Shown one piece after another: positions 59,246 to 64,000 of a stretch of 64,000 bases of DNA. Source of the stretch: a bacterium (GTDB taxonomy: Bacteria > UBA8248); the NCBI GenBank assembly GCA_965203325.1, contig OZ241875.1, positions 4,192,001-4,256,000 on the forward strand, read 5' to 3'. Under the pieces are notes generated by a model. That model worked only from the letters and a program-made list of their open reading frames with translations. It did no database searches and had not been told where the DNA came from. A program made the translations under genes and the position numbers. Numbering within the stretch: position 1 is the stretch's first letter; each line of letters opens with the position of its first letter.

Positions 59246-59983
59246 TCACCAGGTTGCCGTCGCAGGCACTCCCACCATGAACGCGGAATTAAATGCCCGG
59301 AATCCTTGGAAGTTGATCACAAGGTCATCGGTTTCGGACAAGGGCGTCGACACCTGTTCCAGGCTGGCGCGCAATAGATCCTTCAAACTGTTTTCCGGTT
59401 CTTTCCACGCAACGACATACAACTCCTTTCCGGGTCGTAGCGCTAGCTTCCCGAGTACGAAGTGCGGTAAGTCAACCTGCAATTCCCTGCTGGAATCCAT
59501 GATGAAGAATCCTACGACAACAACTTTCTCCACATGGCCGACGATCAGCAATTCGCCTTTTCCTTTGGCTAGATTTTCCGGGCGCCTGTCCGTAACCCCC
59601 CATGACGGGAATAGGATGCTGAAGGTGGGCACCGCTCCTCGATCGGATATCGGTTCAGTCCATCTGGGTCCGAATCGACTACTTGCGCTGACACGGACCG
59701 CCGTTTCGTCAGTGATGGCAATGTGCTGAGCTCCTGACGTGTGAAGACTAACCTTTTCCGCGTTCGTGACGTCCCGGTTGTAAATGTACGCATCACCTTT
59801 TGGTCCAACCCTCACCCCCCACCGAACCGACAAGCCCGTGTTGCTCATTACCGAGACGTTGACAGGTCCCTCGGTCAAGGGCAATTCGATCTCCGTTCCT
59901 TTGGGACACAATGACAGGACCTGTATCGAGTCATCCTCAAATGAGATCTCGTTCAGGACGGTGACGATTTCTTCCTTCTTCAT
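59246..59983 (-). CDS. Hypothetical protein
   Basis: 245 aa ORF, no recognised family. Confidence 0.65.
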   Translation of the reverse strand: MKKEEIVTVLNEISFEDDSIQVLSLCPKGTEIELPLTEGPVNVSVMSNTGLSVRWGVRVGPKGDAYIYNRDVTNAEKVSLHTSGAQHIAITDETAVRVSASSRFGPRWTEPISDRGAVPTFSILFPSWGVTDRRPENLAKGKGELLIVGHVEKVVVVGFFIMDSSRELQVDLPHFVLGKLALRPGKELYVVAWKEPENSLKDLLRASLEQVSTPLSETDDLVINFQGFRAFNSAFMVGVPATATW

Positions 59984-60477
59984 GGTTATGCCCCCAATGA
60001 GCCTGTTGTGTAACAGGCTGGACTAACGGCCGATCCAGTCCCTCTTAAATGCATACCGATATTGTTCCGATACCGTATCTCTGTGAGATGGCGAAGGGGA
60101 TAAGCCGATCACTACGGATGCGGCTCACCTCGTCTCGATCCAATGGATACGATACGAAGTGGGCGAGAACCGCACAAAGTGTCATACTATGGTCCTGAAG
60201 GCAATGCTGGTTCGTGGTGAGGAACTGCCCGGAACGATGGACGCATTCCAGACAACAGACTGAAAGAGAAAGACTTTCCGTCGATGCTTGGTATCGACGC
60301 TCTCGAAACTCTGTGAATCCCGGATGCGTGGGATTTGAGGAAAAAACATCGCTGGGGTCGAGTGGGCAGTTCTCCCCTACACACCGCTACAGACTAAAAA
60401 CGTTGGCCTCGCAAGAGGTTAAAGGACGGGACGCGTAATGGGGCTTGCTCTGTCGGCGTTCGTGTCCGAAGGCGCCG

Positions 60478-61353
60478 TCAAAAGCCGTAAAAAAGCTTTC
60501 CATACTTCTCAAACAATCTTCCGTTAAGTTTGTCGATAAAGTTCAACACTTCCTCTATGTACGGGTCGTATAGCTCGACTCTTCTTGACCACTCTCGAAA
60601 CGGCAATATGGCAAACGGAAGGATCAGCGAAACGTGACCGACGCTGACGCGAAGCGGTTCGTACAGCGGCGAGTAACCTTTAGCGACGTTCCCGCGCAAG
60701 GAGAAGCTGAGGACATCTTGCCAAGAACCGTGGACAGATTGCGAGAAGGTGCCGTATGCCGCAGCATAGAAGTCTTCGCCCACTACCTCCTTGAATATCT
60801 GATGGAACGTCTTGCCCTGAACGCGCCAGTTGTTTCGAATCTGTTTCTCGAAGCTGTGTTCGTCCAACCCCTCTCGGGCGAGCTTTTCGTTGATCGATCG
60901 TAAGAGCCGGCGCCCAGGTTTGCTGTTATAGTATTCGGACCCGGAAGCCGCTTGTTCGAGCATCTGGAGTCTGTTTCTGTAGGAACAGCGCCGATAGTCT
61001 TCCAACGTCAATTTGTCCGAACGGAGCAGATAGGTAGCAGTGACGGCCACCTCGATGAGCGATCGTTCGGTGATGGCCGCGAACTCCGCGCTGTCCTCCC
61101 TGTAGATCCAGAGGATGAGTTTCAGTAGTTTCCACGTGCGGACGAGCAGGCCGAGTATCGTGGCATCGTCGATAGAGAAGCCCGTCGGGTTCCTTTCGAT
61201 GTTCTTCAGGTGGGAGAGGACGTCGAGAATCTCCGCGACATCCTCGTAAAAGGTCAGCGTCTGTTGGTCCGCCTCCGGCGTGGAGGCAAGGAGCCGCGCA
61301 CGGTAGTCACGGTCGTATTTAGCGAGGATGTCCTGTATCTCGTCCATGCTCAT
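60478..61353 (-). CDS. DUF5677-like (HEPN-related) protein, copy 2
   Basis: ERSLIEVAVTATYL...YGTFSQSVHGSW. Confidence 0.7.
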   Translation of the reverse strand: MSMDEIQDILAKYDRDYRARLLASTPEADQQTLTFYEDVAEILDVLSHLKNIERNPTGFSIDDATILGLLVRTWKLLKLILWIYREDSAEFAAITERSLIEVAVTATYLLRSDKLTLEDYRRCSYRNRLQMLEQAASGSEYYNSKPGRRLLRSINEKLAREGLDEHSFEKQIRNNWRVQGKTFHQIFKEVVGEDFYAAAYGTFSQSVHGSWQDVLSFSLRGNVAKGYSPLYEPLRVSVGHVSLILPFAILPFREWSRRVELYDPYIEEVLNFIDKLNGRLFEKYGKLFYGF

Positions 61354-61388
61354 GTGTTTGCGCGGCCCACTTTGAAGAACGATGTAGC

Positions 61389-62291
61389 TTAGTTCGTGGC
61401 GGGGGCTGCAGAACCCCCAGCAGCAGGGCCGTCATAGAGTTCGTCGAACTTGAAGTAGATCGCACGGCCGTAGTCTTGGAGCCGATAGAGAACCTCGAGT
61501 AAGGAATCGTCCTGCAACTGGATTCTCTCGAACCATAGGACGTACGGGGGCGTCGCGTATCGGATCAAGGGCAGGATTGTCCTGGCGTCAACGTCATGGT
61601 ACAGAGCGAATGCGGAGAAGGTACCGTCGTCGTTTCGCGAAAGACACCAATCCATGGATTCGTTCCACGAACCGTGTATGGATTCGGACATCATACCGTA
61701 GACGAACGGATATTCAGCTGGGCTAGCCACTTGGCCAAAGATGTCGTATAGCGACTTTCCTTGGAGGCGCCAACGATTTCGCTTCTGCACGGAAAAGCTC
61801 TCTTTGGACAGCCCCTCGATAGCGAGGCCCTCAATGGCGGATCGTAGAACGCGCTGACCCGCAGGGCTACCAAAGAACTCGGATCCGCTTTCCTGGTCAC
61901 GCAGTATCCTGAGCGTGTCCTTGTACGAGCACCTTCGGAAGTCCTCTACAGCGTCGTCTCCCATTTGCAAGAGATAGGTAGCGACGATTGCCGACTCGAT
62001 CAGCGGACGAGAGAACACGTTAAGGTAATCACCATTGTTGATTTCGTAGAATCTGGTGACTAGCTCGAACAACTTCGCGACACGAGTCAGGAGACCGACG
62101 ATCGGCGCGTCAGCAAGGCCGTAACCATCGGGGTTTCGACTTGGGTTGCGTTGTAGCGTGACCATGCGAAATATCCGAGTTACGTCCCTGCAGAAAGTGA
62201 GTACGAACCGGTTAACGTCGTCGAGCGACTCGAGGCGGTCGAGAAGACGGTCGTCCTCGTACTTCAGCCGGATTCGGTCGGTTTCGTTCAT
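61389..62291 (-). CDS. DUF5677-like (HEPN-related) protein, copy 1
   Basis: SRPLIESAIVATYL...YGMMSESIHGSW; paralogous to the adjacent gene. Confidence 0.7.
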   Translation of the reverse strand: MNETDRIRLKYEDDRLLDRLESLDDVNRFVLTFCRDVTRIFRMVTLQRNPSRNPDGYGLADAPIVGLLTRVAKLFELVTRFYEINNGDYLNVFSRPLIESAIVATYLLQMGDDAVEDFRRCSYKDTLRILRDQESGSEFFGSPAGQRVLRSAIEGLAIEGLSKESFSVQKRNRWRLQGKSLYDIFGQVASPAEYPFVYGMMSESIHGSWNESMDWCLSRNDDGTFSAFALYHDVDARTILPLIRYATPPYVLWFERIQLQDDSLLEVLYRLQDYGRAIYFKFDELYDGPAAGGSAAPATN

Positions 62292-62995
62292 GCGGTGACT
62301 GGCTTGGAAGGAAATGGTCGAAGGCAAAACCGATACGAAATGGGGACAAAGAAATTTGAAGATGTGATTCCATGTGCCTTCTCGATCTTCTCAGACGACG
62401 TTGCGATAACAAAACAGGTCCCGGGAGTGACCTCCGCAGTTAGAATCAGTCGGTCGTGTATCTCCGGCACCATCTTGAGCTCTTCGTAGTTTTTCGTCAC
62501 CTCGAACATCGCGATCAGGTCGTCTACAGCGAACTGCGGCAGGATGGAGCGGTAGACCAGGTCTGGAAATCGCTTGCGGCACCACAGGAGGTGCTGTTGG
62601 AACCGGACGATGGAGAACTCGTCGCTACCGCCTTGGGCCTGGACAGGTAGTACGAACTGTCTTCCGTTGCTGTCAACTGCGACGTACATCTCGTCGACCT
62701 CGGTCTGGCCGATTGACTTGATGGTGGTGCGTAGGTGGATCTGCAGTGAGCAGGATAGTACATCCAGAAAGGCGTCGAGCAGGCGATTGTACAGGATAGT
62801 GGCGAGAAGGGCCTGCACTCCGCTCAGGGAGAGTAAATACCGTAACAGGGAGCGGGCGGACACAACGGGGGACTGATTCGAGCTATGCCTTCCCGTGTCG
62901 GCTTGGTCGCACAGGATGCGAGTCTTAGTGTATCTCAATTCGGACGGCTCCATGTTGCAGGGCATCTTGTGTGCAACCGCCCAGTGTTCATACAT
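62288..62995 (-). pseudogene. Degenerate PD-(D/E)XK restriction-type endonuclease fragment
   Basis: QALLA..YNRL.D.FL...SLQ.HLRTT...GQ.EVDE.YV...PVQAQGG resembles an endonuclease family I recall as having VQAKGG; N-terminal part appears missing. Confidence 0.55.
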
Positions 62996-63350
62996 CTGGC
63001 GGATCCATCTCAGAAAGCAGCGCCTTTATGATCCGATGTAGTTCCGGCAAGTCGTTAACGACGTAATCCCAGACGCGTTCGGGTATCACAACAGCATAGC
63101 CATGGATCAACATGTTGCGGAAGTCGACGACCACACGCATGGTGGGAATTCGTTCGGCAATCTCGGGCGAGACCTTAGACAGGAAATTGAGCGCCTCGCC
63201 GATGATCTCGAACTTGCGTTCGACGGCGGCTTGCGTTCGCGCGTCGGCTAGATAGGCCTCGCGATGCATGCTTTCTGTGAAGTGCACAATGTGCTCAGCG
63301 GCCTGATCCACATCCGCCAGCAGGACGCGTGGGTCACGCTGCATAGACAA
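62988..63350 (-). CDS. HEPN (DUF86/HepT-like) ribonuclease toxin
   Basis: AVERKFEIIGEA, RNMLIHGY (RX4HXY). Confidence 0.9.
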   Translation of the reverse strand: MSMQRDPRVLLADVDQAAEHIVHFTESMHREAYLADARTQAAVERKFEIIGEALNFLSKVSPEIAERIPTMRVVVDFRNMLIHGYAVVIPERVWDYVVNDLPELHRIIKALLSEMDPPDV

Positions 63351-63645
63351 GCTCGCGTGACTTGTCGATGGCCGCTCGAAGATACGGGTTGCGGATCGCC
63401 CCTACTTCGACCAGATCGACCGGACAGCCCAGCGTCCGGCGTAACGCTTCGGAAAAGCCGAAGTATTGTTGGAGCGGTTTCCGGTCGTCGTGGAGTCTGA
63501 ATTCCACCAGGAAGTCGGCGTCGCTGGATACCGGGTCGAAGTCCGTGCCCCTTGCCGCCGAGCCGAAGACCTCAAGCCGAGCGACCCGATATTGCCGACA
63601 GAGTGCTACGAGTTCGTCTCGTTTGTCAGCAATGGCTGCGTGCAT
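63334..63645 (-). CDS. Minimal nucleotidyltransferase (MntA-like) antitoxin
   Basis: VFGSAARG....SDADFLV, VDLV; overlaps the HEPN gene. Confidence 0.9.
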   Translation of the reverse strand: MHAAIADKRDELVALCRQYRVARLEVFGSAARGTDFDPVSSDADFLVEFRLHDDRKPLQQYFGFSEALRRTLGCPVDLVEVGAIRNPYLRAAIDKSRELVYAA

Positions 63646-63690
63646 GCTCAGTTCTCCTCCGTCGTGGATGAATGGTGCCGTTCCCCGAAG

Positions 63691-63900
63691 TCATCGCAAT
63701 AGCCCTTCCTCCAGCGTGTTTTTCAATCAATCCCTTGCCAATGTCATTTCCGCTTCGGCTGTGGTCAGTTCCTTCAGCAGTTTCTATGGGTTCCGGCTCC
63801 GTCGTATGCGGGTTTCTAATATCGAGATTGTATTCGTGCGCCTCGATCTCGTCGACTCCGCCTTTCCAGACTCGGCCGCCTTCTGTGCGGCCATTGCGTT
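63691..63900 (-). pseudogene. Remnant of a type I R-M methyltransferase (HsdM) C-terminus
   Basis: RTEGGRVWKGGVDEIEAHEYNLDIRNPH, then a frameshift to KLLKELTTAEAEMTLARD*LKNTLEEGLLR* with an internal stop. Confidence 0.55.
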
Positions 63901-64000
63901 CCGCATCGCCCGGGGGTCTTCACGAATATCCTGCGAATTCAGTCGGTCATATTTCTCCAGCTACAGCACGACAATGATCGGTCACTCTTGTTTGGCAACT

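Larger units (their letters stand above)
32780..64000. mobile_element. Accessory island / decayed ICE-like region (boundaries approximate; right end outside window)
   Basis: Abrupt switch from metabolic genes to hypotheticals, Xis/Cro-like HTH, ssb, DUF4326, DUF2493-like, RHH, CRISPR-Cas, TA and R-M remnants; patchy composition. No integrase or relaxase seen. Confidence 0.55.

Noticed and set aside
56561..59729. Many ORFs with repeating ILADRCLPAIHN / WIAGRHRSAK peptides
   Set aside because: Translations of the CRISPR repeat, not proteins.
59999..60165. Hairpins resembling a retron or other ncRNA
   Set aside because: No reverse transcriptase in the window; stems are short and unsupported.

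Overview
GC-rich bacterial chromosomal window in two parts. Positions 1 to ~32.8 kb hold housekeeping and metabolic genes: larE-larB-larC with a MoaD/ThiS-like protein, hisC, HU, a DEAD-box helicase, msrP, a CBS/CGL-type sulfur pair, pgk, etfBA, Mrp/ApbC and several oxidoreductases and transporters. Two ORF-track entries there (9438-10130) appear to be one deiodinase-like selenoprotein with an in-frame UGA. From ~32.8 kb to the end lies an accessory region. It contains HTH regulators and a two-gene surface-protein locus (FN3/cadherin-like/Calx-beta protein plus autotransporter). That locus is preceded by a ~190 bp segment bounded by perfect 14-bp inverted repeats and holding a near-consensus promoter pointing away from the genes, a candidate invertible ON/OFF switch. 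Next comes an ICE/plasmid-like leading-region remnant (ssb, DUF4326, DUF2493-like, RHH) with a long Frpo-like hairpin. After that is a complete compact type II-C CRISPR-Cas system (tracrRNA, 988-aa Cas9, cas1, cas2, 39 repeats and 38 spacers). The window ends with a defence-island tail: tandem DUF5677/HEPN-like genes, a decayed endonuclease, an MNT-HEPN toxin-antitoxin pair and an hsdM remnant. No integrase, relaxase, tRNA or rRNA gene was recognised. Family assignments come from motif recognition, not database searches.
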